Assembly: GCA_951406725.2 (NCBI GenBank)
Contig: OX597814.1
Span: forward strand, 186,992,001 to 187,056,000
Direction: 5' to 3'
DNA length: 64,000 bases
From: Octopus vulgaris
Taxonomy: Eukaryota
Shown: in pieces, positions 37,423 to 50,104 of the stretch
Numbering within the stretch: the first letter of the stretch is position 1
Layout of the letters: each line of letters opens with the position of its first letter
Notes under the pieces: model-generated
The model's input: only the letters and a program-made list of their open reading frames with translations
Told to the model about the DNA's origin: nothing
Databases searched by the model: none
Translations under genes and position numbers: made by a program

Positions 37423-38963
37423 AACAAGTGAAGTTAATGAACTTAATAAATGACAGGTATTTTGCACGTGTTTTAAACTCTTTTATTTCTAGTCTTATTT
37501 TTGGCCTATCATATTTGAAGTGTTATGAATGTGATACTTGATGAATTTTAACCCTTACATAATTGTAACCTGCTTTTAAATTCTCACAGCACTAGATAAA
37601 GATTAAAATCTCTTTGAAATATTTTCCCTGTAAAGATTTTTAATGATATTAAATTCATAAATGTGGTAATGTTCTTTGATATATTTATAATAAAATACAT
37701 ACACCTTTCCACGGTAGATCCCTACCTTACCACCACCAAAAAAGGGAATATGGATAAAATATTCTGGTATATAGATAATAGAAACATAGGGCAATGGCCC
37801 AAAAGGTTTGTAGTATTTAGATTGTTTTTTTTTTTTTGTTTTTTATATTCTGTGTTCAAATCCAGATCTCATTTTCTACTTCCAGGCTTCTAATAAACTA
37901 AGGCTACTGTGTGAAAACAATGCAGAATATTCTGGTATTTAGATGATGTTGATGATGCTGACAACAATGAAGATTGTGATAATTGCAAGTGGCAGCAGTG
38001 GTAGCAGCAATGGTGGCAGCTGCAGCAGTAGCAGTGATGATTATACTCATCATTTCTTCTTCCTTTTCTCTTTATCATTTACTACTCCAAAGTGTGCCCT
38101 TTCTTTCATGTGGCTATATTTTGATATTATTATTTTTTTTATTAGTAATCTCAAGGCAGTTATTGTTTGAATATGCATGGGGTGTTTCTCGCTCTTTTTT
38201 TTTTGTTTATTTTTTTTTACATCCAATAATTTTCTGCTTTGAGACAAACAAAAACTACAAAATTAATAATACTTTTTCATAATAGTTTCCATTATCACTT
38301 GTACTCCATTAGATTAATAAAAATGAATGAATAAATAAATACATTACGTTTCTTTGTTTATTAAACACCATCTCTCTCAGTCATTCTCAGTGAAACCAGA
38401 TGTTGCCAATAAGTGCCAATGAAATTGTTTTAATGTCAGCTAATATTTTTTCACAAGTGTTCACTTGTGTTGAACCTAAAGAAAACAGACTGTGCAATGG
38501 CTTTAAAAGAAGAAAAGAATCAAATCATGTTCTTTGACCCATAAAAATATTTGGCTTAAGTATAGTCATCTTAATCTAATCAATAAAACAAATGGATCCT
38601 TGAGCAGAGAAAGTAAGTTTACTCCCAGTCAGCTGCTGTGATTTCATTTGTTTGGTGCTAAGAGAATAAAACCTTATCTTAACTCTGGCCTAGTTGAATG
38701 TTGTCTTATTTTACGGATGATGCCAAAAGAAGTTAGTTACAAGAAAAGTGTCATACATCATAATGTGATGCTAAAAAACATGGCCACCATCAATTCCACC
38801 ACCACCACCACCATAACAACAACAAATTACTGTATTTGTCCACCTACTATAACAAGAAGAGAGTCTCTACATGGTCGTTTGATATACTAGAAAGAGTAGC
38901 TAAATCTCCCTCAAATGAAGGCAGATGCTGAAGGAGCAGATACTGAAAGCAATGAAGGAAATG

Positions 38964-39350
38964 ACTCTTTTACTTGTTTCAGTCATTTGACTGTGGCCAT
39001 GCTTTAGTTGAGCAAATCGACCCCAGGACTTATTCTTTGTAAGCCCAGTACTTATTCTATCGGTCTCTTTGCTGAACCGCTAAGTTACGGGGAATTAAAC
39101 ACACCAGCATTGGTTGTCAAGTGATGTTGGGGGGACAAACACAGATACACAACATATACACACATACATATATATATACATATATACGACAGGCTTCTTT
39201 CAGTTTCCGTCGATCAAATCCACTCACAAGGCTTTGGTCGGCCCGAGGCTATAGTAAAAGACACTTGCCCAAGATGCCACGCAGTAGGACTGAACCTGGA
39301 ACCATGTGGTTGGTAAGCAAGCTACTTACCACACAGCCACTCCTACGCCT
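38964..39350 (-). mobile_element. SINE family A
   Basis: Full copy. Confidence 0.9.
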
Positions 39351-41038
39351 ATTTATGATTGTTTTCCCATTGCTAAGAAGGGAGAAAAATAGTCTCCACA
39401 ATCATTTTGCACAGCCTTTGAGACCAATAGAGCAAAAGAAGGAAAGAAACCATGACTTGTGGGTCATTCCAAACTAGATATCTAGTATGAATATTTGTAA
39501 CAGATTGGACATTTAAATGCCAGATGGTGTTAAATCAAGTGACAGATCAAGTCTACCACCTTACCTTCAGGTATTGGAGGGGAGAGAGAAGAAAGCTATA
39601 ATTTTTATGGAGGAAAATACTGGAAGACGTTTTCAAAGACTAGGATAGATTCTCATAGATGGGTTAGGGACTAGGATTAGATCACACTATTTGAAGGTTG
39701 GATTAATCCAAGATTTTACACCTGAAGACTGTATGTGCATGTTGATGAAACTAGGGGTATAAAGGAAAACAATTTGGAAGGAGAATGTTGAATGAGTGCA
39801 TTATTGTTGTTATTTAGTTCCAAATCATCTATGATCAAACAGATCTAAGATCAAAATATTCCATTTATGACCATTCCATCTTATTTTTAGTCAATATTTC
39901 AAGGACAATATCATCTCATGTGATCTTCTATGTTAAAATAGTAAAGCCTTGTTTCAAGTAAATTTGACTGCTTGTCCTAGCAGTAGAGGTTTCCTCGCTG
40001 AAGTGTGACAGCTGTGCAAAGTTGGAAAAACATAGGACAGCAAATATGAGTTTGTCTTTTTAGCAGGTATGTTACTTGCTGAGACAAATTAGTTGAAGTA
40101 TGGTCTGTAGGTAGCTTCTATGAAGTTAGTGAAGACTCTATTATTAAGGGACTAGATAGTTCTACTGCAAATTAGGGAATGTGTGAGTTTGCTGGCTGTG
40201 TTTTTCTGTTGGTTGTCTCTTTTTTCATAATTTGGTCAGGAGGTAGGGTCTGTGACACAAGATGTGTGGTTTGTGTTAGTAGGAATTGGCTGGTAGGATC
40301 CAAGCTGGTCTGGATTCCATGGATGTTTGTGAAGAGGAAGTAGTGTCTAAATGGTTCGAAGAAAACTATTCAGGCTTGCATCATGAATATGTTTTTGGTT
40401 GTTAAAATTAAATTAAATACAAAACCTCAAATTTAGGTGAAGAGAACAGTCAATTATATTGGCTCTTATACTTAACTGGTACTTTATTTTATCAAACCAG
40501 AAACCAGGAAGGATGACAGGCACATTGATAGAGTTTAAATTCAGAACATTAAGAGTTGCAACAAATGCTGCTAGGCATTTAATGACAATAAAACAATTCT
40601 GCTCAATAATGTTGTAATTGAAGATGATAGATGTGCACAAACAAGTTGTTTTAATTATTAAAATTTAGTGACTCAGTAGTAAAGTTTTTTTTCATTATTT
40701 TCATTATTTCAAAGTTACCTATTTGTATTTTGAAAAAAATTATTTTTACTGATCATTCATTGACCTTATAATAAATCCTTTGTAATTATACAGTGACCTC
40801 TGTTGCAATTGTCATCAAACTTCTAAATACACTAAATTAGCATAGCCCATTGTACATCAATGACCTTTCTTACATGAATCTCTTTGATGGCACTATTTAC
40901 TCCTTGTTTATTCAACAGCCTTTATGTTTCAGAATTTCTGATGAGTATTTATATCATTATTCTCACACCAGGAATACTGAAGTAGAAATATCTTGCATTC
41001 AGGCCAGCATTATTGTATTTAGTCAAGATTTCATTGTA

Positions 41039-42245
41039 TTGGATCACCCATTAATAATGCGGTTTTTTAATACTGCTTTTGTTTTTTATAATTAAGATAA
41101 ACAAAGTTCATTTTTCATCTAAAATATACTCTCCTTCATTTTCTACAATTCTCTTCCATCTATCTGGTAGACTTGCAAAACCCCTCTTCCAAAATTCACT
41201 TGTCTGTGACAAAAAATACTCCTCCAGTACTGTTCTGACCTCGTCTACAGAATTTATATGTTTTCCATCCAAATGATTTTGAAGATCACTGAATAAATAA
41301 ATGATAATCAGATGGGGCAATGTCCAACAAATATGGTGGGTGGGATATCATTTCCCATTCAAACTGCTCCAGCCTTTGGAATGTCATCCTCGCTGTATGT
41401 GGCCGAGCATTATCCTGATGGAAGAACAGCTTTCGTCTTGAAACTAAAGATGGTCATTTTTCTTCTAGCACTGACTCAAGCTGCTCAAAGTAGATCTCCT
41501 TTGTTATCATTTGGTTTGGATTTAAAAGTTTAAAGTGGACTAAACCTTTCATATTCCACCAAACAAATAATAATACCTTACATGGGTGAAGACCTTCTTT
41601 GGCATGGGGTGCCAATGTTTCTCCTTTCCCTACCCACTGTCTTTGGCACTTGACATTTTTATAAGGAACCCATTTCTCATTACCAGTCACTATTCTGTCC
41701 AAAAAAGGTTCATTCATGAGACATGACAGCAAAGAAGAGCACACATTCATTCTCTGCATGCAATTAGACTCAGAAAGTTTTTGAGGAACCCATTGACCCA
41801 ATTTGCTGACTTTTCTGATGGTATGCAGGTGTTGATGAATGGTTGAATGACCAAATCCAAGCTTCTCTGCTAGTTCCTCAACAGTCAAGTTTTACAGATC
41901 TTCCAGGAAAAAGCTTGTCTTCTAGGTGGTAGTCTCCATCTCAGAATTTCTGGAACCACCATTGACACTCACACTTTTTGTCCAGTCACCATATACTTTC
42001 CATTGCATTGTTGCCTTTATTAAACTCATAAAGCAAAATATGTCAAATATGCTCCTTTGTCACTTCGCTTTGAAAAAATAACTGTTAAAATCGAACTGCA
42101 CTCTTCAAAACTTGCACTAAGAATAAGCACAAGGTAAAATTACTACCTGCTTTTATAGCAAGTTGATGCAGGTAGTTTATCCCATCCTCCTCCAACTTTT
42201 AGTTTATGCAATTGAAAAACCCGCATTATTTATGGGATGACCCAA
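41039..42245 (-). mobile_element. Full-length defective mariner element
   Basis: TA-flanked TIRs ttggatcacccattaataatgcgg and ccgcattatttatgggatgacccaa. Transposase motifs WVPQKL, FLDRIVTGNEKW, VWWN, HQDNARPH and IAPSDY, with stops and frameshifts. Confidence 0.92.
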
Positions 42246-42779
42246 TAAATTGGATTCAGCTCCAAAGGTAATGGAAATAAAGAAACTAATGTTTAAACAA
42301 GTCAAATCATTAACTGCATTACAACTATCATTTCTCTCTCCAGTTGTTTCTTATTATCATCAACTCTCTAATTGTCTTAAAAACCTTAAATTCAGCTATG
42401 ATGAATTTTGGTGTTATAATTTCTTTAGAATATTTAATCTTTATGTCAGAAAGTGGGAGATCATAGCCAAATTGTTACTAAACACTTGACTCGATTCTTT
42501 CTTTTCAGAGCTGTCTAGAACATGACTATGTTTTCCATACAGATGTCAATTTACAATAAATACTTCAAGCTGACATCAACTGCATTGACTTCACTGATGA
42601 AGGAGAATCTACAAAGCATAATATCAGTGGTAGCAACAATATCAACAATGACCAGGAAAAAAAAATAAATAGAAAATAATTATAATTATTAAGATTCTCC
42701 TCAGACTAAATAAAAGAAAGATCTCAATGTTTCTTTTGAATATACTCAAAATACCCTGATAGCACAAAATGTACATTTA

Positions 42780-44307
42780 CACTGAACCTCAACAGAAACG
42801 GAAGATGTGTATGACTGTGAAATATGTTTTAATTTCAATATGTCAGAGATAAATTTTGATAAATCTGATAAAGTCAATTTTTTGGATGCATTTTGATTAC
42901 AGTCTATGGGTCATTGTCATGTGTTCTGATAGTAGCAGATCCAGCACATTGAGAGACACGTTCAATACTGTGTATGCTCTCCCTGGGTGTTCAAAACGGC
43001 CATATACCAATGGTACATGGAGTGCATGAGGTGGTTCACAAAAGCCATTGGTACCTGTGCCCATACCCTGAGGAAAGCTGCCTCCAGTTCCACACTAGAT
43101 GTCAGCCTTGGGACCACCTGGTTCAACCATCTCTGGATTTCATCCCACAGGTGTTCAATTGGGTTCAAATTTCGGCTGAGAGTCAGCCACAGCATGGTTC
43201 TGATGCTGTACTAATGCAGGAAGTCCATAGTGACCCTGGCTGTGTGGGAGGGAGCATTGTCCTGCTGGAACATGTGGCTATGGTGATGCATGAAGAAGGG
43301 CATGATGTGAAGTTTTAGGGTCTGGTCAAATTAGCACTGCACTGTGACTGCCTTTCTTTCTGTCTGCACTAACATTTTGGAACACATGGGGCCCAATTCA
43401 TTAATTTAGGCCTATAGCACCCCAAACCATGATGCTTTGGCCACCTCATGCGTCTCTCTCCATGACACGTGTCTCTGTAGCATTTACCCCTCCTACGTCA
43501 CACTCTCACTCTGCCATTCAAGGTGGAAATGCAGTACTGGTTCTCGTCAGAGAAGACAATTGATCTCCATTATTGATGCTGCCAATGTCAGTGCTGTGTA
43601 GCCCACTGTAGTTATGCTTGATGGTGGAGGGCAGTGAGGACAGGCAACTGAGCAGGACGATGGCAATGCAGGTTGTTGATGGCCAGTCAACATCATACCG
43701 TGTCATCACTGATGGATTACTGTCCAGTGTTAATGGTCTCGTAAGCTGTCACACTGGCCAGTCTGAAGCGATCACAGAGGTAGGTGTTGCAGGTGGATGA
43801 AGCAGTCCTGCCTGGGCGTTGTCATCCATGGGCACCTTCTGTGGACATGGTCTGCAGTGCTGTTGGTGTTGTTGTATCACTGTTGCAGGCGATAGATGGT
43901 GCTGACATGGAGATTGTAAGCTTTCACAACAACCAGAGTACACTGCCCTGCTTGCAATTCGCTGATAGCTTGTTCTCTCTGTGCTGCTGACAATCGGGTC
44001 ATACCTGATTCATCCAAATTACAAATGCCAGGAACGTGGTTCAAGTTGATTTTTATACCCATAACCTTCACAAGATGCATGTGCATTTCAGTTTTCATGA
44101 CAACTGTTTGTGACTGCCACCCATTGCATTCAATGCACCTGTGTTTTGGTGTCTCATTTCAGTTTAAGTTGAAAAGTTACCTGCAATTTGGGACTCAGCC
44201 ACAAACCAGCTTGTCTTAGAATATTTACACATCCCCAAAATAAATTTTCAGAATTTACCATGTAAAAATGACATTTGAAAAAATCGTGTTTCTTTTGCAG
44301 TTCAGTG
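42780..44307 (-). mobile_element. Full-length defective Tc1-like element
   Basis: TA-flanked TIRs cactgaac..aa.agaaac. The transposase starts at ATG 44002 (MTRLSAAQREQAISELQAG...) and includes LNPIEHLWDEI, ending near 42962. Confidence 0.9.
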
Positions 44308-44402
44308 TATATCCATTACAGTGGGAAAATTAGCACTTAATTTGTAATATTAGTGAAAGTAAACAGATTCTCAGCATGAGGTTAAATCTTTTCTAGTGAG
44401 TA

Positions 44403-44742
44403 AAAGGGTAAAGACCCCCTTTGGTATGAATGACCATGGGATAGTACCTAGAAAATTCCCCTCCAAGGTACAAGTCCAGGTAAATTTGTTTATGGAAAAT
44501 CAGCAGTCACCCATGCATACTAGCCTCCCCTCTCTATGCCACCAATGTTATCCAAGGGAAAAGCAAAGGCCAATACAGTTTAGCACCAGTGATGTTGCAA
44601 CTCATTTCTACAACTGAGTGAATTGGAGCAATGTGAAATAAAGTGTCTTGCTCAAGAACACAACACACACCCCAGTCCAGGAATTGAACTTCATACTTCA
44701 TGATACTGAGCCTGATGCTCTAACCACCAGGCTATGCACCTT
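44403..44742 (-). mobile_element. tRNA-derived SINE family D
   Basis: tRNA-like head plus a gtgttgtgttcttgagcaagacacttt central block. Confidence 0.85.
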
Positions 44743-45124
44743 TCTAGGAGTAATGCAACCATTTCATGATTGATAAATATGACATATTTGCTGATATTCA
44801 CACAAATCAAATAGTTGTTTGTTCAGTATTTTGTTCCTTTCACTTCTTGTATATCATAGTTCTCCATCAGACTAGTTTACTTGGTCAATTACTCTCCATT
44901 GTTTAGTGCGAGTGCATTGAAATTGTTTTATACAAAACATCACTATGGAACTAATTTTTGCAAATCATCAGAACAAATCCATAAGTACAGCTACTACTAT
45001 TATGTGTGGTTCTTTGAGATTCATATAAGTTTTTTCTTTTGTAGAGTTCAAACTAGTCACTAATAAAGTAACAAGTTTCTTTTGTTTGAGACAAGACAGT
45101 TCTTGGGATTTGTGAATATGAAAG

Positions 45125-45565
45125 TTAACCCTTTAGTATTCAGATTACTCTGTCAAATCTAATGCTTATTTATTCACATTGATTTGAATTAGTCATGCAT
45201 TGTCTTGTAGCTTTGAGATTTCAGTAACATGATTGTTTACTCTTAGAATGGTGTTGTAAGGTAAATGGGAGAAGCTGTACCTGACGAATTTAAACATAAA
45301 ACAGAATATTTTGGTGGCGAACTGGCAGAGACGTTAGCACACTGGGCGAAATGCTTAGCGGCATTTCGTCTGCCGTTACGTTCTGAGTTCAAATTCCGCC
45401 AAGGTCGACTTTGCCTTTCATCCTTTCAGGGTCGATAAATTAATTACCAGTTACGCACTGGGGTCGATCTAATCAACTTAACCCCTTTGTCTGTTTAGCC
45501 CCTTGTGGGCAAGAAAGAAATAAGAATATTTTGGCTGGATATGGTGGGTTTAAATGCTAAAGGGT
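45125..45565. mobile_element. piggyBac-like MITE carrying a SINE B insertion
   Basis: Termini ttaa|ccctttagtatt and aatgctaaaggg. Confidence 0.6.
45313..45524 (+). mobile_element. SINE family B
   Basis: TSD agaatatttt(gg). Confidence 0.88.
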
Positions 45566-45713
45566 GTAGTTAAATTTGCACTTGTGTAATGGGTATGCAT
45601 ATCTCTTCAGTACACAAGTGTGTATGTCTTTTATTACTCATGTATGTGTATATGTGCCATATATGCTCATATGATTGTGTGCTTATGTTCAATTCAGTAA
45701 ACTCAAATACAAA

Positions 45714-45879
45714 AGGAGTGGCTATGTGGTAAGTAGTTTGCTTACCAACCACATGGTTCCGGTTTGTGTCCCACTGCGTGACACCTTGGACAAGTGCCTT
45801 TTACTATAACCTCGGGTCGACCAAAGCCTTGTGAGTAGATTTGATAGACGGAAACTGAAAGAAGCCCATTGTATATATA

Positions 45880-45927
<48 letters not shown>

Positions 45928-46075
45928 TGTGTCTGTGTTTGTCCCCCCCAACATCGCTTGACAACCGATGCTGGTGTGTTTGCGTCCCCGTAATTTAGCG
46001 GTTCGATTTGCTCGACTAAAGGCGGTGCTCCAGCATGGCCGCAATCAAATGACTGAAACAAGTAAAAGAGTAAAA
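45714..46075 (+). mobile_element. SINE family A (internal deletion)
   Basis: Head and tail are present. The junction gcggttcgatttgctc removes about 50 nt. Confidence 0.88.
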
Positions 46076-46240
46076 GTGAGTATAAATCTTCACTGTACAA
46101 ATCTTCACAGATTTGGAGGATGCAACTCAGTTTGCTTTGATCCTTTGTTGAAAACTGCAGCATTTCTTGGGTAAATAAAACATCAAAAGGGTAAATAAAC
46201 TTAGGAGAGTCAGGGGCCATCCAATAGTGTGTGTATGCAT

Positions 46241-46472
46241 TTACTCTTTTGCTCTGTTACACGTTTCAGTCATGTGACTGCAGCCATACTGGAGCACTTT
46301 CTGAAGGGGTTTTAGTCAAACAAATCGACCCCAGGACTTATTCATTGTAAGCCTAGAACTGCTAAGTTATGGGGACAAAAACACACTACCATCAGCTCTC
46401 AAGCGATAGTGGGGGTACAAACACAGATACACACATGAATATATATATATAAGCGTGTTGTGTGTGTGTGTG

Positions 46473-46541
<69 letters not shown>

Positions 46542-46718
46542 GTATACACACACACACAACAGGCTTCTTTCAGTTTCTGCCTACCAAATCCACTCACAAG
46601 GCTTTGGTTGGCCTGAGGCTGTAGTAGAAGACACTTGCCCAAGATGTCATGCTGTGGGACAGAACCAGGAACCATGTGGTTGGGAAGCAAGCTTCTTACC
46701 ACACAGTCATACCTGCAC
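46241..46718 (-). mobile_element. SINE family A
   Basis: Inverted relative to the 45714 copy. Confidence 0.85.
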
Positions 46719-46907
46719 CTACTTGCATACATATAGGTACTTACTTGTGTATGTAATGCTCATGAGTAAAGGGTATTCTTACCAGAAACTTTTTTTGTTT
46801 TTGCAAGTTTAACACCTTCAAGCTTTTACATTCAGAGACTGACATTCTTATTTGCACAAGTATTTGTCACTACAAACTTTGATGTGTTGGTACTTTTTGG
46901 TACCAGA

Positions 46908-47136
46908 GGCAAGCTGGCAGAAACGTTAGCACACTGGGCAAAATGCTTAGCAGTATTTCGTCTGCCATTACGTTCTGAGTTTAAATCACGCCAAGGCCGA
47001 CTTTGCCTTTCATCTTTTCGGGGTCGATAAATTAAGTACCAGTTACGCACTGGGGTCGATATAATCAACTTAATCCGTTCGTCTGTCCTTGTTTGTCCTC
47101 TCTGTGTTTAGCCCCTTGTGGGTAGTAAAGAAATAG
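46908..47136 (+). mobile_element. SINE family B
   Basis: Full copy with a flanking ggtactttttg duplication. Confidence 0.88.
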
Positions 47137-47436
47137 GTACTTTTTGTAACCCATCTTTTCTGCATACATTAAGATTTAAACTTCTTGGATCCACAAACAG
47201 ACGCTGTGAGTTTCCTCGCTTATGAGGGCACATTGCAGGTGTTATCTTTTGGTTGCCTACACATATGCATCCTCAAGTGAAGTGCTGGTGATGTTTAGGA
47301 AGTGTAGTCTTAGTCTTGCCACACAAGTATATTACTTTCTCATCATTAGGTCCCATGAGAGGGAGGCATATTTTAAAAGAGGAAGGGTGTATGAAAGGTG
47401 GTCACACATGTTAATGAGTCGAGAGCTGTCATATAT

Positions 47437-47860
47437 GCTCTTTACTCATTTACTTGTTTCAGTCATTTGACTGTGGCCATGCTGGAGCACTGCCTTTAGT
47501 CAAGGAAATCGACCCCAGGACTTATTCTTTATAAGCCCAGTACTTAATCTGTTGGTCTCTTTTGCCGAACCGCTAAGTTACGGGGATGTAAACCCACCAG
47601 CATCAGTTGTCAAGCGATGTTGGGGGGACAAACACAGACACACACACACATATATATATATATATGACGGGCTTCTTTCAGTTTCCATCTACCAAATCCA
47701 TTCACAAGGCTTTGGTCGGCCCGAGGCTATAGTAAAGGACGCTTGCCCACGGTGCCACGCAGTGGGACTGAACCTGGAGCCATGTGGTTTGTAGACAAGC
47801 TACTCACCACACACCCACTCCTGCGCCTATGCTACTTACCACACAGCCACTCCTGTGCCT
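47437..47860 (-). mobile_element. SINE family A with duplicated 5' head
   Basis: ctac.taccacaca.ccactcctg.gcctat occurs twice at 47800-47862. Confidence 0.88.
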
Positions 47861-48247
47861 ATATGTGTATGCATATATTTGTAGAGGCATAGCAAGAGGG
47901 TCAAATGTGGGCAGATGCATTAGAACACATGTGTGAAGGGTATAAAGTTTCCTGTTATCATGCCATTTAATTGAAGTGGAAGGTTTCAAAAATATCCTTG
48001 CATCTGAGTGCTGAGAACTTTTACGATGTGGGCAAGTATTTATATTATTGCATGAGTAGATTTTGATTTGGGTATGTGTAAACGTTTTTATGTCTTCATG
48101 TGTGTATATATACTGACAACATGCTAAACTTCTGGAATGTTTTATATAATTTCACAAATGTAATGAAAATTTTTTAGTTATTGGTTTTGTGAAATCCAGC
48201 TTCTCATGATTGATGTTAAGTTGTGTATTTATGCATTTGCCTGGTGT

Positions 48248-48585
48248 CCGAGACCTCTTTTGGTCATGACTGACCATGGGATTGCACCTAGAAAGTTACC
48301 CTCCCAGGCACAAGTCCGGGCAAGGTTGTTTATTGAAGACCAGCAATCACCCATGCATACCGGCCTCCCATCTCCACACCACCAGTGTTATCCAAGGGAA
48401 AGGCAAAGGCCAATACATTTTGGCACCTGTGACGTTGCAACTCATTTCTACAGCTGAGTGAACTGGAGCAACATGAAATAAAGTGTCTTGCTCAAGAACA
48501 CAACATGCAGCTCGGTCCAGGATTCAAACTCACAATCTCACGATTGTAAGCTCGACACTCTAACCACTGAGCCATGCGCCTTCAC
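48248..48585 (-). mobile_element. SINE family D
   Basis: Head gtgaaggcgcatggctcagtggttagag. The flanking sequence agttgtgtattta is repeated. Confidence 0.88.
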
Positions 48586-49879
48586 TTGAGTTGTGTATTT
48601 AAATGCCCCAATAATTGCAGGTATAAAGCTGACACTATAACCTGGGTGGAGTAACCACTGATTTCTCATTAGTTTACCAAAGATGCTTCCATTCCATCCT
48701 GATCTTTAACATTATATTAATATCTGCTGAGCCACTGATTTCAACAATTGAACATAATTTCTTTCCTTTGTTCAAAATCATTATGTCTGGTATACTATAC
48801 TTGCATTTTACTTAGGTCATGTCAGGAACATTTTGCCAGTATTCTTTCATGTTATGAGTTATTGTGCCTTCCACATCTCAATGGCTTCTTATATCTTTCT
48901 CCTCAGGACCATCGATTCTATGGATTGCATCATATGATGTTTTGGCAATGACATCATGTCTCATATGCTGATAATACAGTGACGACATTTGCAGACTATT
49001 TACGATGTGGATGACATGTTAATTCCTCAAGGTCTGCTACATCTCAGTGGTTTATCTGCATTCCTATCCTTTTTGTGCAGAAGGTATTTTGTTGTTATTT
49101 CTTGTTCTTGCATAAATGATATTGTGATGACATTTTTGGATAACTTCTTATAATGTGGGTGACATCCTCAGTGTTAATTCCACAGAGTTTGCATTAGTTG
49201 TCAAATTTAGGTGGCTTACCTGCATGCTTATTTCTTTTGAATGCCAGGTATTTTGTAATTTATTGTCCTGTATTGAAAAAGTATATTCTTCAAAGTGAAA
49301 ACCAATATCCCAGCTGTCGGTCAATGATAGACTACTCTGGTTATCTATGTTGTTGTCACTTTGAAGCTTCTTGGCAACATAGCCATGAATGACCTTCTAT
49401 TGATGTGCATGTAGCTTTTTCTCTAGTAATCTGTTGCAGGAGTCAGTATGTATACATGTACTAATGTATATATATATATATATATTTTTTTTTTCTAGTT
49501 TCAGCTCAGAGCTGCGGCCATGCTGAGGCACCGCCGTTTATATATATATATAAACACTTACATTCACTAAGTATGTGTCCATCCATCCTTACTTTACTTG
49601 TAGATTGTTCCAAGTGTGAAATTCAGAGCAATATGTTGCATCAAATTTCTAAACTTGCTATGAATATAAATATATTTCAGCATGCGGTGACAGTCTAATT
49701 GTGACACGCTTATTCTTTTCTCTTTATTTTTCTCTGTTTACATTTATCCTTTTTGTAGAAGAGCATAGGCTTGAAATGTTAAGGACCTTTTCCAATTTTC
49801 CTGAGTGTCAAACTAATACACTCTGTTTTCCTACCACATCTTTGTGTGTTTTTTTTTTAATTGTGTACCATCTTGTAAG

Positions 49880-50060
49880 TTAACTGGTGAGCCTGCCACT
49901 GGTGGTACCATGTAAAAAGTACTCAGTCCCCTCTGTGGAGTGGTTGGTGTTAGGAAGGGCATCCAGTGGTAAATACCATACCAAAACAGACGGCAAAGCA
50001 TGGTGCAGTCTTCTGCCTGGCCAGTTCCTGTCAAACCATCCAACCCATGCTAGCATGATG
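49880..50060 (+). mobile_element. RTE 3'UTR fragment
   Basis: ggagtggttggtgttaggaagggcatccag...ccaacccatgctagcatg. Confidence 0.7.
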
Positions 50061-50104
50061 ATGCTACCTGTTAGTTGTCAATAAATTGGGAAAAAAGCCT
50101 ACTC

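Noticed and set aside
40850-41030. YINDL motif suggesting an RT remnant
   Set aside because: It is a single short motif without the following ADD motif, which is insufficient.
42495-42665. Acceptor-like site followed by a protein-like frame (SCLEHDYVF...)
   Set aside because: It has an in-frame stop, no donor, and no recognisable family.
48505-48585. tRNA-like sequences at SINE heads (also 26900-26973, 29680-29753, 55730-55806)
   Set aside because: They continue into SINE bodies and have imperfect cloverleaves, so they are SINE heads rather than tRNA genes.
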